From IMG/VR virus record IMGVR_UViG_2880505610_000001, positions 40,773 through 104,772 of that record: 64,000 bases of DNA, one strand, 5' to 3'. The notes beneath the pieces are model-generated. The model had not been told where the DNA came from, made no database searches, and saw nothing but the letters and a program-made list of their open reading frames with translations. Position 1 is the stretch's first letter. Each line of letters begins with the position of its first letter. The stretch comes from a virus. Taxonomy: Duplodnaviria; Caudoviricetes. Positions 18,615 to 28,639 of this stretch are shown piece by piece. Both the position numbers and the translations under genes were made by a program.

Positions 18615-19211
18615 TCAGGACCCTCCGCCGGGCAGCGCCGACGGGTCGATCTTGGAGGTGTGGTACAGCAGGTTCCCGGCCGCGTCCGGGTACACGCTGA
18701 CGGTCACCTCGTAGCCGGTGACCTCGTCCCCCTTGTAGACCACGTCGCCGCGCTCGGAGATCTCCGCCTCCGGCGCGAACATCCGCAGCATCGACTCGCC
18801 GTCGTAGACGTCCCACACCCAGGCACGGCGGTCCGGTGCCGGCGTCGCCGACTCGGCGAACGAGGTGAGCCCGTCTGTATCCGGGGTGACGCCAGCGACC
18901 GGCAGCCGGTACATCAGGCTCTTGACCAGGGGACGCTGCGTCTCCCACAGCGTCATCTGGAACGTCCGAACCGACCCGGTGACGACCTTCCGGAACGGGG
19001 AGGTCTGCCCCCACGCCTTGAACTCCTCGGAGTCCTCGTCGATGGCGTAGGTCAGGCCGTCCTCGGAGATCATGCCCACCGGCATCCACGGCGAGGCCAG
19101 GCTGGTGAATCCGGTCGGCGCGGTCGGGGTCGCGGTACCCAGATCGACGGCCCATGCGCCGCCGTTGATACCGATCATCGCGAGGTCGTCGGACCGCTCA
19201 ATCGTGGGCAT
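18615..19211 (-). CDS. Major tail (tube) protein
   Basis: GMISEDGLT, EFKAWGQ, TFQMTLWET, EISERGDVVYK..EVTGYEVTV..YPD. Confidence 0.9.
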   Translation of the reverse strand: MPTIERSDDLAMIGINGGAWAVDLGTATPTAPTGFTSLASPWMPVGMISEDGLTYAIDEDSEEFKAWGQTSPFRKVVTGSVRTFQMTLWETQRPLVKSLMYRLPVAGVTPDTDGLTSFAESATPAPDRRAWVWDVYDGESMLRMFAPEAEISERGDVVYKGDEVTGYEVTVSVYPDAAGNLLYHTSKIDPSALPGGGS

Positions 19212-19274
19212 AGGGCCCTCCCATGCGAAAGACCCCACCGCCTGGTGGGGCCCTGGTTTCCGATTCGTCTCAGG

Positions 19275-19655
19275 TCAGGTGTGCGCGGACAGCCGGTAGG
19301 TGGCCAGGTAGCGGCACAGATTCGGGTTGGGGTCAGATAGCCAGTACGGGGCCACGTCCACCGACGCGGCGGTGACGACCCCCTCGGGGCGGCGCTGCCC
19401 GATCAGAGTCCACGTGGTGAGGTCCACGACCTGCTGGGCGATCTGCGAGCACAAGGCCCGCTGCGCCTTGAGCGTCCACACCGACACGTCCACCAGCGGG
19501 CGGTCCAGCCGGTATCCGGCGCCGCTGGGCACACGGGCGACCTGGATGACCGGGACGGCCTGCTCCAACGTCGCCGGCAGCTCGGTGGCCGCGCGGTAGC
19601 CGGTCTCGGCCCGGTAGAACGCGACCAGCAACTTCTCGATGTCGGGGTAGGCCAC
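19275..19655 (-). CDS. Tail terminator
   Basis: YPDIEKLLV...ATELPATL...PVIQVARV...DRPLVDVSVW...DPNPNLCRY; position before the tail tube. Confidence 0.8.
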   Translation of the reverse strand: MAYPDIEKLLVAFYRAETGYRAATELPATLEQAVPVIQVARVPSGAGYRLDRPLVDVSVWTLKAQRALCSQIAQQVVDLTTWTLIGQRRPEGVVTAASVDVAPYWLSDPNPNLCRYLATYRLSAHT

Positions 19656-19657
19656 GG

Positions 19658-19978
19658 TCAATCCCCAGCGGCCCGCAGCGCGTTCCGCAGGATGTGCCGC
19701 GCCGGCGTGGTGGAGGTGCCGTACTCGACGAACACCGCGTGCCCGGCAGTGTTGTTGACACGGCCGTAGGCGCGGTCCCGACGGACCCCGCCGCGGGCCC
19801 CAGACGACACCGTGAACGAGTTCTTGTACTCGCCGGACTCCACCGGCGCCGTGGCCTCCGCCACCCATTTGACTCTGTCGGCGCGGCGGCGCATCTCCGC
19901 CTGCATCCACGGGGAGCGGAGCATTACTCCGACGCCACGGTAGGACGCCCGGAACGTGGTCCCCCGCGTACTAGCCAT
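19658..19978 (-). CDS. HK97 gp10-like neck/tail-completion protein
   Basis: APVESGEYKNSF, HAVFVEYGT...HILRNAL. Confidence 0.85.
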   Translation of the reverse strand: MASTRGTTFRASYRGVGVMLRSPWMQAEMRRRADRVKWVAEATAPVESGEYKNSFTVSSGARGGVRRDRAYGRVNNTAGHAVFVEYGTSTTPARHILRNALRAAGD

Positions 19979-20183
19979 CGTCGCCTCCCGCCTGTACCGC
20001 GACCCCGGCGATTCCGCCGATCACCACGAAAGACACCGTCGGGAATGATCTGCGTAGCTGCGCGGTGAACGCCTGCACGTCCTCGGCGGGGATGTCCTCG
20101 GTGAGCGCGATCAGGACCCGATCCCCGGGGCGGAGGACCACCATCGGTGGCACTGAGGCGCCCTGCAGTTCAGGCATCGGCAT
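19971..20183 (-). CDS. Hypothetical protein, 70 aa
   Basis: Coupled ORF in the head-tail cluster (VLRPGDRVLI). Confidence 0.65.
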   Translation of the reverse strand: MPMPELQGASVPPMVVLRPGDRVLIALTEDIPAEDVQAFTAQLRRSFPTVSFVVIGGIAGVAVQAGGDDG

Positions 20184-20192
20184 CTCAGCACC

Positions 20193-20534
20193 TCACCCGG
20201 TGACGCGCGACAGTTCGATCTGCACGCCGCCCTCAGTCCCGGTCAGCGGAGACCGCCACTCCCCCGGGTCACCGTCCACCTCATACAGGACCCCGCGGAC
20301 CCGTGCCCGGTCATGCGGGCGGACATCGGTGCCATAGGGGGCCAGCACATTCAGGCCCTCCAGGACCTGCAGGCGGGCCTGCACGTCCTCCGACGACGTC
20401 CGCGGCCACACCGCGCACCCCGCCACCGCGACCTCCACGTCCGGGCCGGGCACGTCGTTTCCGTAGTCGTCCTGCGTCGGAGGGCCGGGGCGGATGATCG
20501 TGACCGTCTCCCCGAACGGGTAGGGCGGCGGCAC
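20193..20534 (-). CDS. Head-to-tail stopper
   Basis: GETVTIIR..DDYGN...GCAVWP...DRARVRGVLYEVDGDP.EW.SPLTG...RVTG. Confidence 0.85.
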   Translation of the reverse strand: MPPPYPFGETVTIIRPGPPTQDDYGNDVPGPDVEVAVAGCAVWPRTSSEDVQARLQVLEGLNVLAPYGTDVRPHDRARVRGVLYEVDGDPGEWRSPLTGTEGGVQIELSRVTG

Positions 20535-20538
20535 CCGG

Positions 20539-20955
20539 TCACCACCCCGCCTCAAGGTCGACCCAGCCGCCGCGCGGGTCGTCCCGGTCGGGATCCCACT
20601 CCTGCGGCCAGGTCACCTCCGGGTCGGCGTCTGCCGGTGTCGGGTCCACCGTAAACGCCCCACCCCGCCCAGCGAGGCGCTGCAAGGTCCGCCGCTCGTC
20701 CCGGGTCATGTACAGGCCCGCCTGCGGACGCTGCACGCTCACCGGCCCGACCGTCTCGTACGCCACGCCCTGCGGGTTGGCGTACGCCCGGCCGGCGACG
20801 GCCAGCACCACCGCCGACGCCGCCTCCGGAAGCGGGGTGACGATCGACTCTGCCAGCAGGATCGCCTGCTCGATCATCAACTCGGCGCGGGCACCGTCGA
20901 TCTCGGACAGCCCCAGATACAGGGCAAGGTCCTCTGCGGTGACGTCGACCGGCAC
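20539..20955 (-). CDS. Head-to-tail adaptor
   Basis: AVVLAVAGRAYANPQG..YETVGP...GLYMTRDE. Confidence 0.85.
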   Translation of the reverse strand: MPVDVTAEDLALYLGLSEIDGARAELMIEQAILLAESIVTPLPEAASAVVLAVAGRAYANPQGVAYETVGPVSVQRPQAGLYMTRDERRTLQRLAGRGGAFTVDPTPADADPEVTWPQEWDPDRDDPRGGWVDLEAGW

Positions 20956-20959
20956 GAGC

Positions 20960-22117
20960 TCACCCCTTCGACGTGACCGCCTCGACCGCCGTGCACCACT
21001 CCGCCAGGTCCGCGGCCGGGTCCAGTTCCTTCGCCCGGGCCAGGGACCGCTCGGACGCCGCGGCCCACTGCGCGGGGTCGGTGAGCGCCTGCACCGCCTC
21101 CACCCACGCGTCCACGTCACCGCGTTCGGCGAAGATCCCGGCCTCTCCCAGGCATTCGGCGAGACCGGTCGTGGGCGCGGCGACCACCGGGATCCCCGAC
21201 GCCATCGCCTCCACCGCCACCCGGCCCCACGACTCGCTCGCAGACGGGACCAGCAGGATCCGGGTGCGGGCATACACCTCGTCCCGCATCCGCTCGCCCG
21301 GCATGTGCTCGACGACCTCCACGTTCGGCAGACCGCCGCGGCGTTCGATCTGCTGCCCGTAGGCGCCCTTGACGCCCAGGAACCTCAGATCGGGGAGCCG
21401 TTCGGCGACCTGCCAGAACAGGGCCCCGCCCTTGTCGGCGTTGAGGTTGATCAACGTGACGTGGTCGCCCGGAGTGGTGCGGTAGTCGTCGCCCAGTACC
21501 GGCGGGCGAACCACGATCGACTGTTCCGGTCGCAGCGCCGGGGTGTACTCGCAGAAGAACGCCTCGGCCTCCGCCTGCATGTGCAGGCTGTTGTACACCG
21601 CCAGCGACACCGCGCCCCGCCCGATGTTCTTGAAGACCACCGGGGCGGTGTTGTGCGCCAGCGCCACGAACGGGCGTCCCATCCCCCGCGCCAACGCGCC
21701 GGCGGACGGGACGTTCTCATGGTGGGCGATGATCACATCGGCGCTCTTGGCCGCGGCACCGAAGTCCTGCCGGGCCGCGTACGGCACCACGTGCACGCCG
21801 TCGACCTGGTACGGGGCCCGGTCGGGCGAGTACCGCGACAGCCACACCGACACTTCGTGGCCGCGTGCCACCAGCGCCCGCAGCATCGAATGCAGCATCC
21901 ATTCCGACCCGGCGTTGTGCCGGGGCGGGTAGGCGTGGACGCGCGCCACGACGTTCAGCGGCGCCGTGGCCCGGCCGAGCCCCTCGAACACCGACACCGC
22001 CTGCGCCGCTGACGCATCCGGGGTGGCGGTCTTCTTCTTGGTGGTGCCCGGCCGGGAACGCCGCTGAGGCGACGCCCTACGCTGCCGCGGCGACGCGGGA
22101 ACGTCGGTGTCGGTCAC
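20960..22117 (-). CDS. Glycosyltransferase family 4 (GT-B) with basic N-terminal extension
   Basis: HAYPPRHNAGSE, LARGHEV, LINLNADKGG, LLVPSASESWGRVAVEAMASGIPVVA (E-x7-E motif). Confidence 0.92.
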   Translation of the reverse strand: MTDTDVPASPRQRRASPQRRSRPGTTKKKTATPDASAAQAVSVFEGLGRATAPLNVVARVHAYPPRHNAGSEWMLHSMLRALVARGHEVSVWLSRYSPDRAPYQVDGVHVVPYAARQDFGAAAKSADVIIAHHENVPSAGALARGMGRPFVALAHNTAPVVFKNIGRGAVSLAVYNSLHMQAEAEAFFCEYTPALRPEQSIVVRPPVLGDDYRTTPGDHVTLINLNADKGGALFWQVAERLPDLRFLGVKGAYGQQIERRGGLPNVEVVEHMPGERMRDEVYARTRILLVPSASESWGRVAVEAMASGIPVVAAPTTGLAECLGEAGIFAERGDVDAWVEAVQALTDPAQWAAASERSLARAKELDPAADLAEWCTAVEAVTSKG

Positions 22118-23070
22118 GAACCGACACCGTCGGCGGTGTAGGTCACGAACGCGTCGGCGTCGCCCATGACGAAGCCGTAGAACGCCTCCGCCAGCAGCAG
22201 CACCAGGTTCTCCTGGAACGCCGAGTGGACGCCGCCTTCCTCGTCCACGTAGGTCGCCTCGCTGGAGATGCGGACGGTGATGTCCATCCCGATGCCGTAG
22301 GCGGCCTGCGACCAGTCGCCGCCGACCGCGCGAAGCCCAGTGTCGGCGCTGGAGGACTGGCGGCGCTGCTTGCCCGACACCCCACGCGAGTACGCCAGCG
22401 GCTCTCCGATCAGGGTGCCGCCCATCGCCTGGTTCAGGCCCGGGGTGGTGGTGTCGACGAAGATCGGCCGGCCGTTGGCGTCGGTCGCCAGCATCAGCTT
22501 CGGCTTCAGCCGCGGGTCAGCGACGGTGCCGGTGTAGTCCCAGTCGTCGTCGACGACCATGGCCATGCCGTTGACCAGGTCCGCCCACAGGCCGCCGGAG
22601 GTCTGCGCCGCGGTGTCGAGTTCGACGGTGTTGGTGGTGGAGGCCAGGTAGTCGCCGAACGGGCCGGCCGCGCCCTTCATCGTCTTGCCGTGGATCGCGG
22701 CGTGGTCGAAGGCCCGCGCGAACGCGGTCGGCAGGTCCCGCTGCAGCTGCGTCCACAGGCCGGCGGCGTTGGTCCGCACGACCTCTTCCGACACCGGGAT
22801 CAGCACCGCGATCTTCTTCGGCGTCATCTGCTTGACGTCGATCCCGCCGCTGGACAACGGCTTGCGCGCCCCGGAGCCGACCCAGTCGGCGGTGGGCACG
22901 TCCAGTGGGATCGGAATGGAGGTGTTGGCGTCGATGGACAGCGGCGCGCGCTGCGCCAGCGACATGATCGCCGACTGCTCCACCGACTTCTCGAAGATGG
23001 GACCCGCCAGCGTCCGCGGCAGGAGGTTGCTGTCGATATCCGACAGCAGGATCGGGTCGGTGGTGGCCAC
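22114..23070 (-). CDS. Major capsid protein (HK97 fold)
   Basis: LLPRTLAGPIFE, ADWVG..KP, PKKIAVLIPVSEE, DANGRPIF, GDWSQ, SAFQENLVLLLAE. Confidence 0.95.
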   Translation of the reverse strand: MATTDPILLSDIDSNLLPRTLAGPIFEKSVEQSAIMSLAQRAPLSIDANTSIPIPLDVPTADWVGSGARKPLSSGGIDVKQMTPKKIAVLIPVSEEVVRTNAAGLWTQLQRDLPTAFARAFDHAAIHGKTMKGAAGPFGDYLASTTNTVELDTAAQTSGGLWADLVNGMAMVVDDDWDYTGTVADPRLKPKLMLATDANGRPIFVDTTTPGLNQAMGGTLIGEPLAYSRGVSGKQRRQSSSADTGLRAVGGDWSQAAYGIGMDITVRISSEATYVDEEGGVHSAFQENLVLLLAEAFYGFVMGDADAFVTYTADGVGS

Positions 23071-23084
23071 CGGTCACCCCTCTC

Positions 23085-23735
23085 TCAGCGGCCCTTGCTC
23101 TTCAGCAGCCGCGAATTGACGAACCCCGCGAACTCGTCCGCGGGGTCCTTGGCTCTGGTCTGGTTGGCGCCCGATGCCTGCGTCCGGTCCGGCGCCGGGC
23201 GGCGCCGCTCCGGTTCGGCAGGCTTGAGCTTGCCGAGATGCGGTTTGCGCTCGAGCAGGTCTGCGAGGTCGGCCTTGATCGCGTCCGCGTCGATGTCACC
23301 GACGTCGGTCACGTAGGCGTTCAGGTCCAGGTGCGCCTCGGGGTCGGTCGGGTCCGCGAACGCGGCAGCCGCCAGGGCTCGCACCTCGCTCTTGACCGCC
23401 CGCTTCCGCAGCGCGCCGATCTCCCTCTCCCGCTCGTCCAGCCGGGCCTGGAGCCGTTCGGCCTCCGTCTTCTGCGCGTCCTCGAGCTCCTTGGCTTTGG
23501 CCGCGAGCGGCTCGAGGTCCTTCAGGCGCTTGCGGAGGTTCGCGGCCTCCTGGTTGGCCTTGTGGATCTTCGCCTTGTACTGGGCCTCGTTGAACGGCTG
23601 CTCGGCCGGCGGGCCCTCCTGGGGCTTGGTGGCCGTGGTCTCATCGCCGTTGTCGGTGGCCTCGTCCTGCTTCTCCACCGCGCCCTCGTCGGCGCTGGTG
23701 GGCTCGGTGCTGTTCTCGGCAGCCTCATCGGGCAT
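23085..23735 (-). CDS. Capsid scaffolding protein
   Basis: Acidic N-terminus, coiled coil EAANLRKRLK...AQKTEAER, LLERKPHL; directly upstream of the capsid gene. Confidence 0.88.
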   Translation of the reverse strand: MPDEAAENSTEPTSADEGAVEKQDEATDNGDETTATKPQEGPPAEQPFNEAQYKAKIHKANQEAANLRKRLKDLEPLAAKAKELEDAQKTEAERLQARLDEREREIGALRKRAVKSEVRALAAAAFADPTDPEAHLDLNAYVTDVGDIDADAIKADLADLLERKPHLGKLKPAEPERRRPAPDRTQASGANQTRAKDPADEFAGFVNSRLLKSKGR

Positions 23736-23740
23736 TCGGG

Positions 23741-24199
23741 TTAACCCTCCAGGGGTTGGGACAGGGAAAGCTCCCGCTCCAGGCGGGAAGTCGAAGGCCG
23801 GTAGCGGTCCCACCACCGGTCGATCACAGGGCCCGTCCACGCAGGCCGGCCAGCATCGGCGGCCCGGGACTTGGCCTCATCCAGGGGAGTCGCCAGCACC
23901 ACCACCTCGGTGGCGCCGAGCGCCGCAGCGTGCCGGGTGCGACGTTCCGGCTCGGGCATCGTGCGGATCACCCACGCCGTGCCGGTCTGCATCCGGGACA
24001 CGAGGGTCTCCTCCGCTGCGCGGACACGACGCGCCCGGCCACGAATGTGTTCCGGGTGGTTGTGGGGGTCTGGGGACCCCAGCCGCCGGCAGATGGCGTC
24101 CAGGTCCACGACCCGGTCACCTGATGCGGCGTGCTCGGCGACCCACGTCGACTTCCCGGCAGCAGGCGGGCCGCACACCAACACGACCCTGCGGCTCAT
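23741..24199 (-). CDS. P-loop kinase/AAA_33-like protein
   Basis: VVLVCGPPAAGKSTWV Walker A, VVDLDAI. Confidence 0.8.
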   Translation of the reverse strand: MSRRVVLVCGPPAAGKSTWVAEHAASGDRVVDLDAICRRLGSPDPHNHPEHIRGRARRVRAAEETLVSRMQTGTAWVIRTMPEPERRTRHAAALGATEVVVLATPLDEAKSRAADAGRPAWTGPVIDRWWDRYRPSTSRLERELSLSQPLEG

Positions 24200-25098
24200 C
24201 CACCCGCCCGCAGGATCCGCGAGAGATTCGCGATCGTGTCACCACGCATCGCCCGGGCCCGCTCGTACTGGCGCTGCCACAACTTGATCTCCGGTTGCGG
24301 CTGCCATTCCTCGCCCTCGAAGTACGGGGCCGCCCAGCACCGGCAATGGTCGTGGTACTTGAACTCGCCAGCCCCCTGGAACCGGGCGTTGGTGCGGCGG
24401 CCCGCGGTCCGCTCGTCCTTGTACACCGGCCCGCGGATCGACATCACGCGGCAGAACGCGCACGCGTCCGCCGCGGCCATCCGCGCGACCCCGACCGCCT
24501 GCCGATCCTCGGCCACGGCGTCCACGATCGCGCCACGCCCCACGTCAGTGACCAGCCGGGACGCGATCCCGTCCACCTTCGTCCGCGTCACGCGGACCTG
24601 CCCGGCCACATCACCTCGCGCCGGCGCAGGCTCCGGATCGGAGAGGTCCTCCTCGACCCGGTCCTCGCCCACGCCGGCGAGGGCCTCCTCGTCCAGATTC
24701 GACAGGTCCGCGGACTCTTCCTCACGGGCGATCTCAGCGAGCAGCCGTTCCACCTCGGCAGCCGAATCCAGCAACTCCTGGTCCCAGAAGTTCCTCGTCG
24801 CCCACCGCAACGACTCCTCCACCTGCCCCGGGTCAGGTTCCCGCAGCAGCGGCGAAGGTCGCCTCCCCGGCACGCCCGCGGCGTCACGCTCAAGGTCGTA
24901 GTAGTCCAACGCCATCGCCCCGGACGCCTCCGCGTACCGTGCGATGACAGCCCGGACCGCTGCGGCCCACCGCGGCATCGTCCGCGCCAGCCGCCGCGAG
25001 TCCAGCAGCGTCCACGTCCCGGCCAGCTCACGCAGCATCAACACGATCAGGCCGCTTTGCGCGGCCTGCTGCTCACGCGACCTGGTCGGCGTCGCCAC
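24196..25098 (-). CDS. MuF-like minor capsid / capsid maturation protein
   Basis: ACAFCRVMSIRGPVY and YHDHCRCWAAP motifs; follows the portal gene. Confidence 0.85.
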   Translation of the reverse strand: MATPTRSREQQAAQSGLIVLMLRELAGTWTLLDSRRLARTMPRWAAAVRAVIARYAEASGAMALDYYDLERDAAGVPGRRPSPLLREPDPGQVEESLRWATRNFWDQELLDSAAEVERLLAEIAREEESADLSNLDEEALAGVGEDRVEEDLSDPEPAPARGDVAGQVRVTRTKVDGIASRLVTDVGRGAIVDAVAEDRQAVGVARMAAADACAFCRVMSIRGPVYKDERTAGRRTNARFQGAGEFKYHDHCRCWAAPYFEGEEWQPQPEIKLWQRQYERARAMRGDTIANLSRILRAGG

Positions 25099-26494
25099 CC
25101 GACACCTCTACGGCGCGCTGCCGGCCGAGCCGTTCCCCGATCCGGGCGAGCTGGGCACGGCCCTGCGCGCGCTGCCGGTCCGACCGGACCCGCTGACGCT
25201 GCGCCTCCGACAGCCCGACCATCTCCAGCGCCACCTCCGAGTCCGCAGGGATGATGCCGGCCTGCACGAGCTTCACCGCCGCGTCGGTCTGCGCCGCCAT
25301 CGTCGGCGTCGCCGGGTTCCGCCACACCGTCTCCAGCTTGCGGGCCCGGTCCGGCACCTCGCCCCGCCAGATCAGCAGCGCCAGCCGCAGCACCTGCGCC
25401 CACGGAGTGCTCAGCATCGCCTGCTTACGCTCAGCGCGTTTCACCAGCTGCGCCTCCGTCGAGCGGATCGCGTCGGCCGAGGCAGGGTTGTCAGTGGTGT
25501 AGCCCAGGTAATGCGGCGGCAGGCCAAGCTGCGTCGCCATGATCCGCGCGTACAGGTCAACGATCTTCGTATACGCCGACGGGTCATACGCGGCGAACGT
25601 ACCGACCTGCGGGATCTCCCCGTCCTCGTCCCGCTCCAGAGCCAGCACACGGCCGATGTAGGTCTCCCACGCCGACTTGGCGTTCCCCTCAGCGTCCTGA
25701 AACGCCGACTCGCTGGCGCCGAGGATGTACCGCTGAGGTGCGCCGTAGAACTCCCGGGCGACCTCCATGCCCAGCAGCGTCCGGCACGCCGCATCGGTGA
25801 TCCCCATCACCGCAGAGTTGATCTCCGACTTCCCGACCCGCTCCGCGGCCCGCGGCCGGTTAGCGAACCGCACCACCGGGACCATGCCCAGCTCGTGGGC
25901 GTCGCGGCTGATGACTTCCCACCCGCCAGTGTCCGACTGCACCACGTGGATCGTCTGATCCGGCAGGTACAGCACCGCCGCCTGAGCATCCTCGATCTTG
26001 TACAGCCGCAGCGCCGACCGCACCGCACGCAACCGGGCGTCGTAGTCCACGGTCATGTCCATCGGTGACTCGACCGAGATGACCGGCGGTGCCTCATCCT
26101 CCTCACCGGACCCGACCGCGGCGTAGGACCGGCCGTAGATGAACGAGTCCAGGTGCGCGAGCTGCGCCTCGGTGAGCAGGTCGTTGGCCTGCACCACCTC
26201 TTCCAGCTCGTCGGAGGCGTCCGGCTCACCCGCATACCGCCACGTCTCAATGTCCAGACGCTGCTCGAGCGCGTCCACACCGATCTGCGGCCACCCGATC
26301 ACCGTGTGAAGCCCCTGCAACTGCGGCGGAATGCTGATCTTCAAGTCACGGATGACCTGCTCGCCGTTGTAGTAGCAGTCCCGCAACTCCAGCGGGAACC
26401 GTGCGGTGACCAGGTCCTGGCGGAGTACGTCGATCAGCTGCGTCTCATCATCGGTGAGGTTCACCAGCGGCAGCTCCGGAATCACCGCGGTCAC
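25073..26494 (-). CDS. Portal protein (SPP1 gp6-like)
   Basis: YYNGEQ, VIGWPQIGVDAL, IYGRSY, VPVVRFANR, GKSEI, EFYGAPQRY, NPASADAI. Confidence 0.95.
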   Translation of the reverse strand: MTAVIPELPLVNLTDDETQLIDVLRQDLVTARFPLELRDCYYNGEQVIRDLKISIPPQLQGLHTVIGWPQIGVDALEQRLDIETWRYAGEPDASDELEEVVQANDLLTEAQLAHLDSFIYGRSYAAVGSGEEDEAPPVISVESPMDMTVDYDARLRAVRSALRLYKIEDAQAAVLYLPDQTIHVVQSDTGGWEVISRDAHELGMVPVVRFANRPRAAERVGKSEINSAVMGITDAACRTLLGMEVAREFYGAPQRYILGASESAFQDAEGNAKSAWETYIGRVLALERDEDGEIPQVGTFAAYDPSAYTKIVDLYARIMATQLGLPPHYLGYTTDNPASADAIRSTEAQLVKRAERKQAMLSTPWAQVLRLALLIWRGEVPDRARKLETVWRNPATPTMAAQTDAAVKLVQAGIIPADSEVALEMVGLSEAQRQRVRSDRQRAQGRAQLARIGERLGRQRAVEVSGGDADQVA

Positions 26495-28146
26495 GACAGC
26501 ACCACCGCCCGCCCTCTACCGCGCCGGCCCACGCCCTTCGCCACCGCATCCAGCCGGGCCTGCCACGCCAACGTCGCCGCGACCGCCGCGTCGATCTTCC
26601 GCCGCGAATCCGGGTGCTCCTTAGCGATCTGCAGCCCCGACCGGGACACCCGCCGCCGCGCGTTCAACACGTGCCGCGTCAACGCGTACGAGCCGTCGTG
26701 GGTGAGCTCACCGTTCACCACAGCCGCGTGGAACTGCTCCAGCGCACGCACGACCAACTGGGTTCGGTTCATCCACCACTCGATCGGATGCTGCTGCGAC
26801 GCCCTCACCCGCAACCGGCGCCCGTAGGTGTACTCCCATTCGGCGACGAACGAGCGCCAGTCCGCGGCCGGGTCAGCGTAGAACCCGACGACCTTGTACC
26901 TGGAGAACGCCTTCCGGACCGCGGCGTTGACCTCCATGACCGGCACCCACCAGTCCTTGCCCGCCAGGCCGTCCGGCTGCTCCCACACCGCGATCTCGAA
27001 CACGAACCCGTCCGACACCCGGCATCCGATCAGCGCAGTAGCGTCGGTCACCCCGCGGTTGCGGTGCCTCGAGCCGTCAAAGCCCAACGTGATCCGTTCC
27101 CCATCGGCAACGGCCTCACCGGGCGACGCGCACGACGCCCATTCCGGTTGAGACAGCCACGCATCCGAGGCGTGCGTGATCTGATTCAGGAAGTCCGCTC
27201 GAGCCGTCTGCGGATCGGTTCCCAGATCCCAGATGTCGGCGACGATACGGTCCAGCGGCGACCAGCCCGGCTGGCACGGCGGCTCATGCAGCACGCACCC
27301 GTCCGGGTGGTCGGCGGAGTCTCCGTAGGCGAGCCGGAGCCCTGCCATCAACGACTCGCGGTCATCCAGATCCGTCTCGGGAGGCGCCTCGCGATGGTCG
27401 TACAGCAGACCCCCGTCCTTCGCCTTCCCCTCCAGGATGTTCTTGTAGAACTCGGCGGACTGCTCCGCCACCGACTCCTCGCCCGGCGTGAACGCGTTCG
27501 GCGACTCGATAGTCGCGCCGCCCAGCTTCGCCGCGTTGATCCGCATCACCTCGGCCAGCCGGACCCCGCCGTTCGACGGAACCCACTCCTCCGTCTGGTC
27601 GAGAATCGCGAAGACCGCCTTGTTGCCCTTCACAGACCGGGCCGACGAGGTGACGGGCTCGATCCGCCCCCGCGGCAGGTTCACGAAGGTGTCCAGCGGC
27701 TCCAGCCGCGGGTACGCGTCGATCAGCGCATCCGAGTCCAGCATCTCCAGCAGCGGAGCCCACGAGTTCTTCGTCTGGGCCTCCGACACTGCGGCGACCT
27801 GAACAAACGGGGTCCGGATCTGCGACCACGGCTTCCCCACCGGCTGGCCATCGGCGTCCCAGCCATCCGGCACAACCGGCGCCAACGCCTCAGCAATCGC
27901 CAACGCGGCCAAGAACGGCGACTTACCCCACCCTCGCGGGCGGCTGATAACCCCGCGGCGGTGCTTGCGCCGGCCCGTGTGCGGATCGATCTCAAACCAG
28001 CGCAGGATGAACTGGGCCTGCTCCAGCGTCGGCACGAACGGCTCGAACTCGGCGCGGTCCGGCGCCGCCAGATACTCGATGATCCAGTCGAGGATCAGCG
28101 GACCCAGCGTCGGCCGCTCCCCTGGCCGGCTCGGACGCCACGGCAC
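26491..28146 (-). CDS. Terminase large subunit
   Basis: Walker A RPRGWGKS, ILDQTEEW, nuclease LGFDGS...DATAL, KIDAAVA. Confidence 0.95.
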   Translation of the reverse strand: MPWRPSRPGERPTLGPLILDWIIEYLAAPDRAEFEPFVPTLEQAQFILRWFEIDPHTGRRKHRRGVISRPRGWGKSPFLAALAIAEALAPVVPDGWDADGQPVGKPWSQIRTPFVQVAAVSEAQTKNSWAPLLEMLDSDALIDAYPRLEPLDTFVNLPRGRIEPVTSSARSVKGNKAVFAILDQTEEWVPSNGGVRLAEVMRINAAKLGGATIESPNAFTPGEESVAEQSAEFYKNILEGKAKDGGLLYDHREAPPETDLDDRESLMAGLRLAYGDSADHPDGCVLHEPPCQPGWSPLDRIVADIWDLGTDPQTARADFLNQITHASDAWLSQPEWASCASPGEAVADGERITLGFDGSRHRNRGVTDATALIGCRVSDGFVFEIAVWEQPDGLAGKDWWVPVMEVNAAVRKAFSRYKVVGFYADPAADWRSFVAEWEYTYGRRLRVRASQQHPIEWWMNRTQLVVRALEQFHAAVVNGELTHDGSYALTRHVLNARRRVSRSGLQIAKEHPDSRRKIDAAVAATLAWQARLDAVAKGVGRRGRGRAVVLS

Positions 28147-28149
28147 CGG

Positions 28150-28608
28150 CTACTCCTGGCCCGATGCGCGGCTCGACCGGTCCGGAAGCAGACGCAGATC
28201 GCCGTACCGCTGTACCGAGGCCGGCTGCTTCGCTGCCCGCTTCTCGTCCTTCTCATCGGCGTCCGCGAACACCATCCGCAGACGGGCCCGGTCCTCAGGA
28301 GTCGCACCGTACTTCGCGACCCGCAGCCGAACCTCCGCCGCCAGCGTCCACTGCCCCTTCGACCACATCGCGTGGTGCATCAGCGCCGTGTCCAACAGGA
28401 ACGCCCAGTCGGTCTCAGTGAACGTCTCAGCCTGAGCCGACCGGCCCCACATCGCCCACCACGCCTGCGTCCGCGGATGCCACTCCACGTCCTCGGGCAG
28501 CTCGGGCTGCTCTGCACGCACGAACCGCAGCACTGTCTGCGCGACCGGGTCCTTGTTCGCTCGGGCCCGCCGGTTCGGGTCCTTGGGAGCAGGCCCACGT
28601 CCAGCCAC
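28150..28608 (-). CDS. Terminase small subunit
   Basis: MAGRGPAPKD...WHPRTQAWW...TDWAFLLDTA...AEVRLRVAKYGATPEDRARLR. Confidence 0.92.
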   Translation of the reverse strand: MAGRGPAPKDPNRRARANKDPVAQTVLRFVRAEQPELPEDVEWHPRTQAWWAMWGRSAQAETFTETDWAFLLDTALMHHAMWSKGQWTLAAEVRLRVAKYGATPEDRARLRMVFADADEKDEKRAAKQPASVQRYGDLRLLPDRSSRASGQE

Positions 28609-28639
28609 GGAGAGTCACCACCTCTCCGCTCAGTCCTTG

